Shown one piece after another: positions 34,805 through 47,317 of a stretch of 64,000 nucleotides of DNA (the stretch's first letter is position 1; every line of letters begins with the position of its first letter). The translations under genes were made by a program, and so were the position numbers. This stretch comes from Isurus oxyrinchus (Eukaryota). The notes under the pieces were generated by a model. The model was not told where the DNA came from. It saw only the letters and a program-made list of their open reading frames with translations, and searched no databases. Where the stretch lies: assembly GCA_026770705.1 (NCBI GenBank), contig JANJGN010000192.1:372001-436000 (forward strand). The letters are read 5' to 3'.

Positions 34805-35390
34805 AATTGAAAAATGTACTTTATTCATAAAATATCTGAAAGAACATGACAAAAAATTCTAAATCGTCTTCATAAAAAGTGCAATCAGATTCAACATTTG
34901 CACACGGTTCACAAAGTGCTTCAATATAATTAATGAATACTACACTCATTTCAACATGGTCATTATAGACAGGCTGTACAATGCTACTGGAGTTATCAAC
35001 ATACATCATTTTGAACCTGACGTGCTTCAGTACAATTAGAATACAATTTCTATTCAATGCATGCATTCATTGTGAGCCCTAGAGCCCGAGCGGTCCATAT
35101 CTTTCCCAATCTCTCAGTGAGAACAGATTTTTTAAAAAATATGTATTAATATACCTTGTTATTAAAATATCAGGGAGAAATTTAAAAAAAAATACTCGTA
35201 AATCGAAGTCACAGAAAGTGCAGTCGGTTTAACTTTTACACATGGATCATGAGGTGTTTCAATACAATCAAAGAATATTACACTCTTTTCAATATGGTCA
35301 TAACAGTCAGTCAGGCTGTGGAATGATATTGGAGTTAGCAACATACATTTTCTGAAGAGTTTTCAGCACAATCTGTAACACAGGAACTGT
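34805..35390 (-). mobile_element. Two tandem diverged 3' ends of a probable Tx1/L1-type LINE
   Basis: Minus strand ends tttatgaataaagtacatttt (polyA signal); aaagtgca.tc.g.tt.aac.ttt.caca.gg.tca...ttcaata.aat...atggtcat shared by ~34875-34965 and ~35215-35305. Confidence 0.5.
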
Positions 35391-35689
35391 TAATACCGAG
35401 TCTGCTGCACGCCCGCCGTTTAATACTCTGTCAGGGCCCATCCCAAGCAGGAATTGGTTGGAACCAGATAGGTTTAAACCAAACTCTGAGCATGAAGTGA
35501 AACACGGGAAACTAGAGGCCGCCATTGACTGATCTTTAATTAGACAATTTCGAAAGCTGCAGAAATCAACTGTTTCAATAAAATGCAATTTGCTTTTATT
35601 TTGTATTTAACATAACCATCACAAGAAAGATTTAACAAAACGGTGACAAATCGCCTTCATTCACCGCTTTCTGAATTCAATTGAAAGCA

Positions 35690-35870
35690 GATCTATTCTG
35701 CTCCACCTGCCTATCCCCACTTTAATCTACAGCATGATATCACATTTCTACATGTCCCTGGTTCCGAAGAAGAGTCATATTGGCCTCGAAAACTTAACGC
35801 TGTTTTTTTCCTCTCCACAGAAGCTGCCAAAGCTGCTGACTTTTTCCAGCACTTTCTTATTTCTAATCCC
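35690..35870 (+). mobile_element. Penelope 3'-end remnant with degenerate hammerhead-like motif
   Basis: gttCCGAAGAagagtcatattggcctcGAAAacttaac...ctctccacagaagctgccaaagctgctgactttttccagc matches the reverse complement of 5300-5414. Confidence 0.6.
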
Positions 35871-36215
35871 AATAATTCCATTCCGATTTCACACTGTAGT
35901 TCACGAAAAATCATAGCTATTATGGATAAGGATCAAACGTGAGTCAAATTTTAAATAAAGCTGGAAAGAATTTTTATTTGAATTGCACCCGCGTACATTT
36001 GAAAGTAAAAATATATTTAGATGAGTACTTGAAACGCCACAGCTTACAGGGTTACTTTAAGTGGGCATTTCGCCGGGCTAATTGCCGGAAAATAGGATTA
36101 GAATAGAGAGGTACTTAATGTCCGGCAAGGTCACGAAAGGTTATTTCTGTGCTGTTTAACTCTAAAATGCCCAAAAACCACATTTGTCTGATTAACTGGC
36201 TTGAAGGTGAAAGAT

Positions 36216-36287
36216 TGCGATAACTGGGAATCGAACCCAGGTCAACTGCTTGGGAAGCAGCCATGCTCACCACTACACCACCATCGC
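36216..36287 (-). tRNA. tRNA-Gly with CCC anticodon on a Gly-TCC-type body (possibly a pseudogene)
   Basis: GCGATGG TG GTGT AGTGGTGA GCAT G GCTGC TTCCCAA GCAGT TGAC CTGGG TTCGATT CCCAG TTATCGC A; 72 nt cloverleaf with A and B boxes. Confidence 0.85.
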
Positions 36288-36854
36288 TGACTGTAACCTA
36301 ACCACAGAGTATCACTCTGGATTTTGGTACTGAACCGGTCTCTAATGGCTCCGGTATTTTCTTCAACCATTCACAACAAATTTGTAATGCACACGGCCCC
36401 TTTCAAGAGAGTAGCGGATACCTATAATATTTGATGAGGTTTAGATGGATTTTCCTGAAGTTCACATCAGCCATTAATGGCCTTAAACCATAATTGGAAC
36501 TACATTTTACAAGATTCAGCACTAATTCGTTTACTTCCCCACTCACTGATGAATAACACATGTCCCGTTCTGTAACTTTTATACAGACAGGCCAAGATTC
36601 ATAGGCATATTAGGGAGCAGAAGACGCACATTCTGTTTGGACCTCTAGGTTAAATGAATAATAACACATGTTCCAGCATATAGCAACTTTTCACATGGCG
36701 TACATTCCAGGGGCAAAAAGCTCAAGAGTAAGGAAATTGTGATGAACCTGTGTGAAACGCTGTTTGGACCTCAACTGTGGCATGGCGCTCGGTGTCAAGA
36801 AGATATAATAATTCTCATAATCTCACTAGAATTTGTTGTAAAATAGAGTAAACA

Positions 36855-38780
36855 TGTGATGTGTATATGTAACTGCATATATCTGTGTGTGTGATTGAAT
36901 TAAATTAGAGGCAGCTAGCCTGGGTGCTTTGTACTGAGAAGAGAGGTTAGGTTTGAAATGTAAATTAGATAAACATGGGGGAGTTTAGAAATATAGGCCT
37001 CAAGGGGGCACTTGCATTTTGTAATACAGCATTCCAGATTGTTTTCAAAGCGGAGTGGGGAGTGGGGAGTGGGGGTGGGGGCGGGGGGTGGTTGGTGGGT
37101 GGCGGGGTTGGTGGCGGTGGTGAAATGTGTCACCTATCGCGGTGAAGTTTAGAAATAGTGTTTATCTTTCCCCAAAGATTATTCATAAATCTTAGGACTA
37201 TGAGAAGTGTTTTCTTATCTGGGAGATAAAGCCCAAATCATAGCGATGAAATGGACATTTGCATTTAAAGATGAAGATATGCATAAAGAATGATAAAGGG
37301 CTGTGTGTAAGGGAAGGCATTTTCAAGATCTTACAAAAGTGTGAAAATGCCATCAGCATCTCTGCCTCAAGCTATTGTCTTCAACGGGCTGAAGTTAAGA
37401 AAAGCACTCAGAAGTTGATGTGCTCAAGGTCCAAGGTTCCTTTGCCTGGCTCTTTTATAATCTTACTGTTGCCTTTATGAATGTGTAGCCTGGAGTTAGG
37501 TTGAGTCAGGGATTTTGAAATGATCATATTATAATTTGTATATCTATGCATGTGTTTATACATTCTTCCATTTTTCCATTAATAAATGTTTAATCAAGCG
37601 TCATAAAATTCAATAAAAATGCATGGTCTTGTTACCACTGAATTCAGGGCACTCATTCAAAACTTATACAATTTGCAGAACAATTTGTGCCAGTTATTTC
37701 AAATTTCTCATTTGGGATTAAACAACTCAGCATTCACCATCGGCTGTGCGATAACATAACTGGGAGATCTTTGCGGGATATACTTGAAATTCCTTGATAT
37801 TTTTGTAGTTGGTGACTCTTAAGGTTACGAGTACCAGAAGCTTTTGAATTCAGGAGTTGGGGTGAGGTATTTTGTAGTGTTGAGACTGCAATATGGCTTT
37901 TGCAGTTGTTGAGACTTGTTTGGGGGTTGAAGCTATGACTTTGGATAGCTTACAAAAAGTGACTAAAGTCAAGTTACTGGAATTAGCAGACAGATTACAA
38001 TTGGGGCTACCTGCAGTGGGTGAGAAAGCAGATATGATTGAGCGCCTAGCACAGCATTAAAAAATCGAAGTTATACCTGTCACTAGTGAGTCACAGCTGG
38101 AGGTCGTGAGATTTCAGTTAGAAATGAAGAGGCTTGAATTTGAACAAGCAAAGGGACTGAGAAAGCTTGAATTGGACGCAAACGAAAATGAAAAGCATTG
38201 GAAATGAATAAACTGTTACTAGATGGAGCAGGAAAATAAAGGGTAAAAGAGAGATCATTTCAAAAAGAAACGGAAATCCGAAGACTACTCTCTCGAGAGT
38301 GAAAAGTTGACAATAGGAAAGAGGATTTAAGGAAGGCCCCAGGGAATATTGACTTGAGAGGCTGGTAGTTAAAGGAGAGACCTCAGCTTCTGTGGAAAGT
38401 ATTGATGATGAAAAATCTTTTAACTGAAAGCTCAATGGAAAGATGATTACATTTGTAAAAGCTCCTCTAAAGTTTGAGGAAAATAGGTTGAAGCATTATA
38501 TATTTCATTTCAGAATATAGCTAAACAGATGAAATGGCCACAGGTAAACTGAACACGGTTGTTACCATCCAGGTTGGTGGGTAGAGCACATGAGGTAATG
38601 CTTTGCTGTCAAAAGAAATGTCGGCGAATCATGATTTATTTAAAAAAGGCTGTTTTGAATGCATATGAGCTCGTGCATGAGGTGTACGGACAGAAATTTA
38701 GGAATATATGAAAACAGCCTGGGCAAATTTATGTTGATTTTGAAAGAGTAAAACAAAATAATTTTGACGGGTGGATCCCA
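36855..38780 (+). mobile_element. Gypsy-type LTR retrotransposon 5' remnant: LTR (~36855-37756), PBS (37761-37779), decayed gag (from 37893)
   Basis: TG...taaCA with aataaa at ~37581; tgggagatctttgcgggat resembles the tRNA-Pro PBS TGGGGGCTCGTCCGGGAT; gag MAFAVVET...KVKLLELADRLQL and FQNIAKQMKWP...SRLVGRAHEV...KKAVLNAYELVHEVYGQKFRN. Confidence 0.8.
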
Positions 38781-41700
38781 CGAATTTTCAGATTCTCCTG
38801 AATCTTTTCTTCACTTTTTCCAACATCCTTCACATCTTCACAAACATCCTAAAGTGCAAGACACTGAACTAGAAGGGATGCACCAGCTGAGGCTAAGTAA
38901 TGCCTTCTACAAATCTTTTTGTTCTATTTCCAGTACGAAGCTCTTTGGTTTTTGTGCCAAGAAAGCTTCCGACTCCTGTCCTCACAGACAATCGATGTTC
39001 AAATTGAGAACTTTCAGGAAAAACTGTTGATGTGAGCGACCAGTCTGAAAGCTCTTGAATCTTTGAGAGGCCGTGAAATGCATGCCACACGTTCTCCTAT
39101 TTCTCATGTCCTTACAGGCACTGCTTAGGGGAAACATTAGCGTTATATTGACCATGGAGTGGAATCAGTGCTGATACACAAGTGGGGTTTGGGAGTTTGG
39201 TAGGTTAGCTTAGGAATTCAGGTCTGATAATCGGAGACTGGTGTCCTCATAGGCTAATTGGCCCTTCCAGTGTCTGCTGACTCTCTGAAGGGGATGTTTT
39301 CCCAGTATCAATCCCCAACCTTCTCCCTGGTCTCTGCACATGTTTCTTTTTCTCATTTCAGGGCTTCTCCCTTTTATGTTTTCTTGTGCATAAGAGAGTG
39401 AGTGGTGATTTCATCGAGCTATCTACCCCGGTAAAATTATTTATAAGGACTAATACAGAGCAACTTTCTTCCTAGCGGAAAATGGGGTTTAATTTTCACA
39501 TGTTTATGCCACTGTTCCTTGGCGATAGAGTACAGTCGAAGCAGGCGGAAAGTCAGGAAGCACTTTTCACACCTAGGATAGCTGTAAATCTAGAAAAAAG
39601 ATTGTTAAAAATGATGGAGGTTACCTCAATTGCGATAAGATTGGTTTATCTTCCTTTGTGTACCAATGAAACATCTCATTTTATTCTGCTCTCCTTGAAG
39701 TATTCCGTGGAAATTGCTCGTTTTGCTCTTGCAATTTATTTGGGAGTGAACACCTTGAACCAAAATGCTCCGTGGAAACAGGTCCTGGAGACCTGCACCT
39801 CAGGAGAAGAGTCTGACGTACTGCAAACCTGGCTATCGAGGGTCTGGTCGCAAGGTTTCCCAATGCAGCCATGGGGAAGAGGCGTCACAACCATCAACAT
39901 ATTGCATTCATTTTAACGAGATTTGAATTTTCAGAACTTGGGGAAGGAAACAACAAAGGAACAGAGATAGATTTCGCGAGTAGGTAAACAGGATCATATG
40001 TTGCATTATGTGGTAAAGTGTGATACCATCCCATTGAAAGCAAGAAAGCTCATTCAGAATAACGTTCTAAATTGGATGAATCACAAGGTGTGGGGGTGTA
40101 AATAAATTTGTCAGCCCAAGGTCTTCATTAGCAAGCTACAACACTTATCCCTCCCCACCCTTTCTTGCATAACGCGCAGTAACATAAATCAGTCAATCCC
40201 TTCCACCCTCGCAGCTATTGTCGGCAAAAAAACCGAAATGCTGCTTATGCATATCCCCGCGTAATAATCTGGGCTCCTTCTGGACTTAGTTGATCTGATT
40301 TAAATTCATGCATGAATAGAAGCATTGGAGGGATTGCATTTCAGCAATTGTTATTTTCTAAACAGTTGGTTTAACAAATTAACACATAGACACAGCTTGC
40401 AAACTTGGCTTCTAATGCGAAACTTTGAATAGTATCGCACTATATTGCTGCAAATAGCATTGTGGGTCTGTTTTGGGGCGGCGTGGCAGTGCAAATTGAG
40501 AACTTTCCTTTGAAGGATCGCCCAAGCAGCGGCATGACTCCTGAAACAATCAGTGAGAAGGGGATAGAGCAGATGGATTTGTCTCAAATATCAAAGAATC
40601 GGAGGAGATTTGATTGAAGGATTTAGCATTTTATGGGCCTTCACAGGGTAGATGTTGGAAATATTTTTACTAAGGCTAGGGATTATTGCACTATTGGTCA
40701 GAGTCTCAGAAAAATGCATCAGCCAGTATCCGCCAGATGAGGAAAACTGTCTTCATTCAAACGGTTTGGAGTCTTCTGAATTCCAGACATGGGAGAGTTG
40801 TGGAAGTTCAAGGCTGAGATCGATATCTCCCGGTGTTCCCTGGGATTTATTGGTACAATGTGATAGTTCAGTTAAACGCTATTGAGGAACATCAGCCAGG
40901 AAGTTTACGAAGCCGTAAAGACCAGTACATGATACACTTGTTCCTAATTCCTATGTTATTAAAGGCACGACTCAGAGGAACAAACACGATTATAATGACC
41001 TTGGTGTGGAAACAGTGCAGATTAACCACTCAGATTCCAGGGTTTAGGGTGTTACGATCGGAGTACAAGTTCCATACTCACTGAATCATAGAATGGTTAC
41101 AGCATCTAATGATGTCATTTGGCCCAAAGGATCTGTGCTGGCACTTGAATGAACAATTCATCACTGTCACTGCCCAGCCTTCTCCCAGGTCCCCTGCACA
41201 TTATTCTTTTCAGGGTTCCAACCATGTTCTCTTCCCTTGAGTATTGAAGAATGAAGGTGAGCTGATCGAGGTTCTTATCCAGTGAAAATGAATTGCCAAG
41301 TTTAATAAGGAGTACTGTTTCCCGACGGAAAGAATAGGGTTGAATCTTAGGATGTTTTTGACACTGATCCCCAAAGATGGCCTCTCGGCCAATGAAGGGA
41401 AAAGTCAGGTAGCACGTTTCACACTTTTACACACTTAGGGTAACTTGAAATCTAGAAAGCTTCTTTAAAATAAATTCCGAGCCAGCCACAACTTCCTGAC
41501 GATGAAATTTTATGCCAATGCACGAGTCGTCTCGATATCTCCCTGCCTTCATGAAGCATTCAGAGGACATTGCTCGGTTTGTTTTTGCCTTTTCATAGGA
41601 AGTGAACACCTTGACCTAAAAGCGGCGATCAGACGTGGATTGGAACGCTGCACCCTTAAATTAACTGTTCGATGATTTACCAAATAAGCTACACGGGCTG

Positions 41701-42589
41701 TTTCGAGCTCCATACCTCCATCCACTGCCTGACAGGAGGCAGCACACCCTTCATTTTGTCCAATTCCTTCTTAACCTACCCTCCACAGCGCATTTCCCTC
41801 ACGAGCAGACGAACAGGCAGGCTTCCTTTCGCTTCATTTCACAAATCTTCTAACTTGTACAAGTGCCCTTTCCTTACCAGTGGCGTGTGATGTGATAACT
41901 GTTGTTACCCAGGTATCTATACCAGGCCTACGATACATCCAATGGTAACTTTGATCCTATCCGACTTCTTTATAACATGACATACTTTTCAATGCTATTT
42001 CTGGTCTTTGTTCAGTTTAAAACCATAAATTGAATCAAAGCAGTAGAGGCACCACTGAGAACTGAACTCAGGAAATCCCATCCATGAGGCATGGCGCCAT
42101 CACGCTCTCCAATGTAAATATTTGAATTGTATCCCACTGTTGCTGCAAACATTTATTTTCACTGAGAGAATTAAGAAGTATTCGGTACTGGTTCTTCAAA
42201 GCTTTGGAGGTTGCATTTATTTCGGGAGATATCCAATGGGAGTATACAAAGGGATAGAAATGGATTCTGTGAGTGGAGGTAAACGATTTTATTTGCTGTC
42301 TGTTGTGCGAAGTGTGAAACCATCCCTTTGAAAGAAAGAAGCTTAATTTCTTGAAACGTTCTAAATTCTGAGAATCACAAATTGTAGGTGTGTAAGTAGG
42401 TCAGTCGGCAAATTCTTCATTAAAAATCTACAGCATTTAATCCTCTTTCCTGCATACCGTACAGTAACATAAATCAGTCAACCCCTTCCCTTGCTTTCTC
42501 CTACCGCCGGTAGCAAGTCAAAGTGCTTCGTTAAGCATTAATCTCCAAAGTAATACTGATTCCATCGGGTTTCTTTATATTGGCACGTA

Positions 42590-43040
42590 AATCCAAATGG
42601 TTTGTTCGGACTTTGTTGTTTTATTTTCGTTTCCTCTGTTTCCATATTTTTTTTTTTTTGCCGTTTTGATCACCTTTCATTCTTTATTCCTTCAGGTTAC
42701 ATTCGGTCAGTTGCTATGCTGCTATCCACAGTCTCTTCTGGATACAGTGTTTGTTTGTTTCTTTACCATTACATTTACCACGCTCTTCAGGTTTTTCATC
42801 ATGAAACCTTTTCTCCCAAGCAGTCTACCCTCACAGCTATTCACTTTTGTACATTCTCAACCTTCCAGCTATCCACTGGTTTTAAAACTGTTGTATTTAT
42901 ATTTTCTTTCAGTTCTGATGACAATCCATCGACCTCAACCGCTCGCTTTGTTTACCTCCACTGATGCTGCGCTGTTAACGCTGAAGAGTATTTAGCTGGG
43001 CAGTGATAATAGGTGCAAATTGCAGCTGCATTTGTTTTCC
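42590..43040 (+). mobile_element. Highly decayed Penelope-type 3' UTR remnant
   Basis: T/C-rich tract followed by agttCTGATGAcaatccatcgacct...ctccactgatgctgc, same layout as 35690-35870. Confidence 0.4.
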
Positions 43041-45139
43041 TCCGGAGCTCTATTTGTTTTCGCCTCAATGGTGTATTTAAATGTATTCCGTCAGCTTCCA
43101 ACTTTTGAAATACAAATGATGATTTAATCAGAATAAGCTGGATATCATTCACGCTAGATTCTCTAATGTCAGCCTAAATTTGGAACACGATAAAAAGACT
43201 GGAAAACTTTCTATAGCTGTTGAGAAAGTTCAGTAGCTGCTGATGACTCGCCTTGGAGCACAATAAATGGGAGCAACTGGGCCGTTAAATTTTGGTTTGA
43301 TTAAGACGGGCCAGGAGACACACAATATTCCGCTAAGAAACTAGAGATTAACATTAAACTGAAAGGGAAGACATTTTGGTAAAAAGAATGTTTATTTTTG
43401 CCTACTTCACTGAAGTATGTGTCATAACGGAATTACCTCATTTGGGAGCATAATTCTGTGGCGCAACGTTGTTGAAAAGTGATGCATTCTTTAATCAGAT
43501 GTGTGATTTCAGAAACATTATGTTAATGTAGGTTTAACTGATGATAATGTTGATATGAATGATTAATATAATCGTTTTCCAGTTCGTCATTTCCTACTTT
43601 TGCCGCTGCCTGACCTCTACTCCCCCTTTTTTTTTCATTTCTCCTGATCCTGCTTATTGACTTCTACATTCTCCCAATGTGAATTCTGCTCCTCCCACAC
43701 ACCCCCAACCAAACTCACTGCATTATTCTCAGGCCAATCCCCACTCTGCACCGTCCAAGTCTTGTCCATCACTCTGCTCCACTCTCAGGCGCACCGTATT
43801 GTACAACACAAGTGCACTCCGGATCACCAGCACCATGAGGAAGGCCAGTCAGTACATTGAGCTGAAATCATGAGTGAGATGGTCAATGAGAATCTTTACC
43901 AAGTTTAACTAAATGGATCGTGAGGTTAAATTGAAGAAGAGCCATGTCGGTAACATATGTTCCCAATTTCTGCCAGTCAATCCATGAGTCATATACAATC
44001 AATGGTACAGAATATTGGGGGAAGTATATAATGGGCATTTCAGAGCAGTGCCTTTGTCTTCAGTCCTCACAAATGTTCACTTTCACCTTCGAAATATGAA
44101 TATGTATAACAAGATGGATCGGGAGATTTACTGAAATCCGTTTGATTCTAGAATTGTGATCACGACATATGGGCGAGTGCAGCAGGGGCTAATGGTCGGG
44201 GTGGGGGATGCGACAATGACAGGCTTGAGATTGTTGCCAGCTGCTCCCACTTCACAATCTTAAACAGTGCCAAGTGTGTCGTTCCTGTTTCAGATGGTGT
44301 ATGAAAGGCGGAATGTTCATCTTCACGGGGGACAGTTAAAGAATGTCAGATTGTCTTGGCATCAATGGAAGATTTTGGCAAAGCGATTTGATAAGACGGC
44401 AGTTATAGACCTAAGACAAACATAAACTAAAATGAAGTAAAATGTAAATGTTGAGAAGATCAGACGTTTCGGTGAAGAGGAAAGAAACAAGGAAGAGCAA
44501 AACATGTGAAAAGACATAAGAAGAGCTAGAAAAGGTTGTATGAAAGGAAACTTGCAAGGATATTAATATCAAAACACTTTCGTAATTACGTGAAGGTGAA
44601 TAAAGTTAGTGAGACAGAAAAGCGAAATATCACGCATAATACGCTGTTAAGGATGTCATATACTCATGGAATCAATGGGAGATGTTGAAAAAACTATTTG
44701 ATACGGAGTCACTTATAACCCTGGGGGATAATGTACTACCTCCCACGAAAGCATCGTTGGAAAGCTAAAGTGGTAAGAGTGAACTTCAACTAAAATATAA
44801 TTTAAGAAGTGATTCTGGAAATATGGGTAGTTCGGGCAGCATATGTTGACAATGAAACAGAAGCAAAGTTACAGAATATCTGTTGAATTTAAATTTGCTC
44901 TTAACCTCTGCTGGGAATCTTGATAACGTGATTGTGTGAGAGGGAGTGGAAGGAGAATAATTTATACGAGTGATCATTGGCTTCACACCCATGTGGATTA
45001 TTTGCCGCTTCTGAGTAGCTCAGCACTGATCACATAGTGCGTTTTGGTATTTTGCTTGCTTCCCCAGGTGCTGCAGGCTAATTTATAAAACATTAGGAGG
45101 TAGGATGGTAGCGTGGTAAATAGTGAGAAGAACAGCCGA

Positions 45140-45877
45140 AAACTGCAGGAAGATATCAATGGACTGATCAGGTGGGAGGAGCAGTAGCAAATGGATTTCA
45201 ACCCGGAAAAATGTGTGGCAATGCACTTGGGGAGGGCTAAAAGAACAACGAAGGACACTGGGAATAGTAGATCACGGGAATTAATGAAGATGAGTGGGAA
45301 CTTTGTGTGCCTGTACCAAGATCCATGAAAGCAGCAGGACAGGTAGATTAGGTGGTTAAGAACGCATATGGGATACTTACCTTTATTAACCAATGCATAG
45401 AATAAAAGAACAGGGAGCCTGTGCTGGAACTGTTTAAAAACTGGTTAGACCACAACTGGTGTACTGTGTGCAGTTCTGGTCACAAAATTATGGGAAGGAT
45501 GTGCTTGCACTGGATTTAACATGATGCTGCCTGGGCTGGAGGGTCTGAGTTATGAGGAAAGTTTGCATAGGCTGGGGTTGTTTTAATTGGAATAGCGAAG
45601 GTTGGGAGGGGACCTGATAGACGTGCATAAGATTATGAGGGGCGTAGAAAAGGTGGATAGGAAAAAACGTTCCCAATTACTAGAGACGTCAATAACCAGA
45701 GTACATAGAATTAACCTAGAAAGTTTAAGGCTAAGAGGTGAGTTTAGGTGAAATTATTTCACCCAGAGGGTGCTGGAAGACTGGAACGCTCTGCCTGATA
45801 GGGTGTTTGCGTCAGAAACTCTGTAACCATTGCCATGGCATCCAGGACTACGTGCCAAGCGCTGGAAAATAGGATTA
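45140..45877 (+). mobile_element. CR1-type LINE fragment; its 3' tail resumes at ~47245-47315 after a nested insertion
   Basis: ctgcaggaagatatcaatggactg...caaatggatttcaacccggaaaaatgt; cagttctggtcac; agttatgaggaaag; ggggacctgatag. Confidence 0.8.
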
Positions 45878-47243
45878 TCCTGACCTCAGTCGTTGGTAAG
45901 ATTTTAGAGTCCATTATTAAGAATGTGACTTCAGAATAATTGGAAGTGCATGGTAAAATAGTGCAAATTCAACATGGTGTCATCAAGGGGAGGCCATGCC
46001 TGACAAGTCTATTGGAATGATTTGAGAAGGTAATGAACAGTTTAGACAAAGGAGGGCCAATGTATGTTATATGATTGGACTTCCAGAAGGCCTTTGGCAA
46101 GGTGCCACACAGGAATCTGCTCAGTAAGTTAAGAGCCCATGGTGTTAGAGGCAAGGTACTAGCATATATAGAAGATTGGCTGTCTGGCAGGAGGCAGAAA
46201 GTGGTGATAATGGGGTCCATCTCAGCATGGCACCCGGTGATAAGTGGAGTTCCGCAATGGTCAGTGCTGAGACCACAACTTTTCAATTTATAAATTAATG
46301 ATCTAGATGAAGGAACTGAGTGCATTCTCGATATGTTTGCAGATGATACAAAGATAGGTGTAGGGACAGGTAGTATTGAGGAGACAGGGAGGCTGCTGAT
46401 GGATTTGGACAGGTTAGGAGAATGGGCAAAGAAGTGGCAGATGGAATAAAACGTCGGGAAATGTGAGGACATGCATTTTGATAGGAACAATAGAGGCATA
46501 GACTATTTTCTAAATGGCAAGTGAATTCAGAAATCTGGATTGCAAAGTGACTTGGGAGTCCTTGTCCAGGATTCTCTTAAGGTTAACTTGCAGGTTGAGT
46601 CGGTACTTAGGAAGGTAAATGCAATGTTGTCATTTATTTCGAGAAGATTGGAATATAAATGCAGGAATGGACTGCTGAGGATGTAAAAGGCTCTGGTCAG
46701 ACCACATTTAGAATATTGTGAGCAATTTTGGGCCCCGTATCTCAGAAAGAATTTGCTCTCCCTGCAGAGGGTCCAGAGGATGTTCACATGAACGATTCCA
46801 GGAATGAAAGGCTTAACATATGAGGAACTTTTGAGGACTCTGGAGTTTAGAAGGATGAGGGGGGATCTGATTGAAACTTACAGGAAAATGAAAGGCCTGG
46901 ACAGAATGGACGTGAGCAAGATGTTTCCATTAGTAGGAGAGACTAGGGTCCGAAGGCACAGCCTAAGAGTAAATGGAGATCATTTAGAACAGAGATGAAA
47001 AGAAACTTCATTAGCCAGAGAGTGGTGAATCTATGGAATTCATTGCCACAGAAGGCTGTGGAGGCCTGGTCATTGGGTGTATTTACGATCGAGGTAGATA
47101 GGTTCTTGATTAGTAAGGGGATCAGAGGTTACGGAGAGAAGGCAGGAGAATTGGGTTGAGAAACGTATAGGCCATGACTGAATGGTGGAGCTGATTCGAT
47201 GGGCCGAATGGCCTAATTTCTGCTCCTATATCTTATGATCTTA
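45878..47243 (+). mobile_element. CR1-type LINE, 5'-truncated, RT domain to 3' end
   Basis: LTSVVGKILESIIK; DFQKAFGKVPH; SGVPQWSVLRPQLF; FADDTK; MKGLTYEE...RRMRGDLIETY; 3' end gggccgaatggcctaatttctgctcctatatcttatgatctt. Confidence 0.92.
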
Positions 47244-47317
47244 TTAGTGTAGTCAGAGCTTTGTTACACGATTGGCCGAGTGGCCTCTTTCTGTGTTGTA
47301 AACGTGTATGGGTCCAT

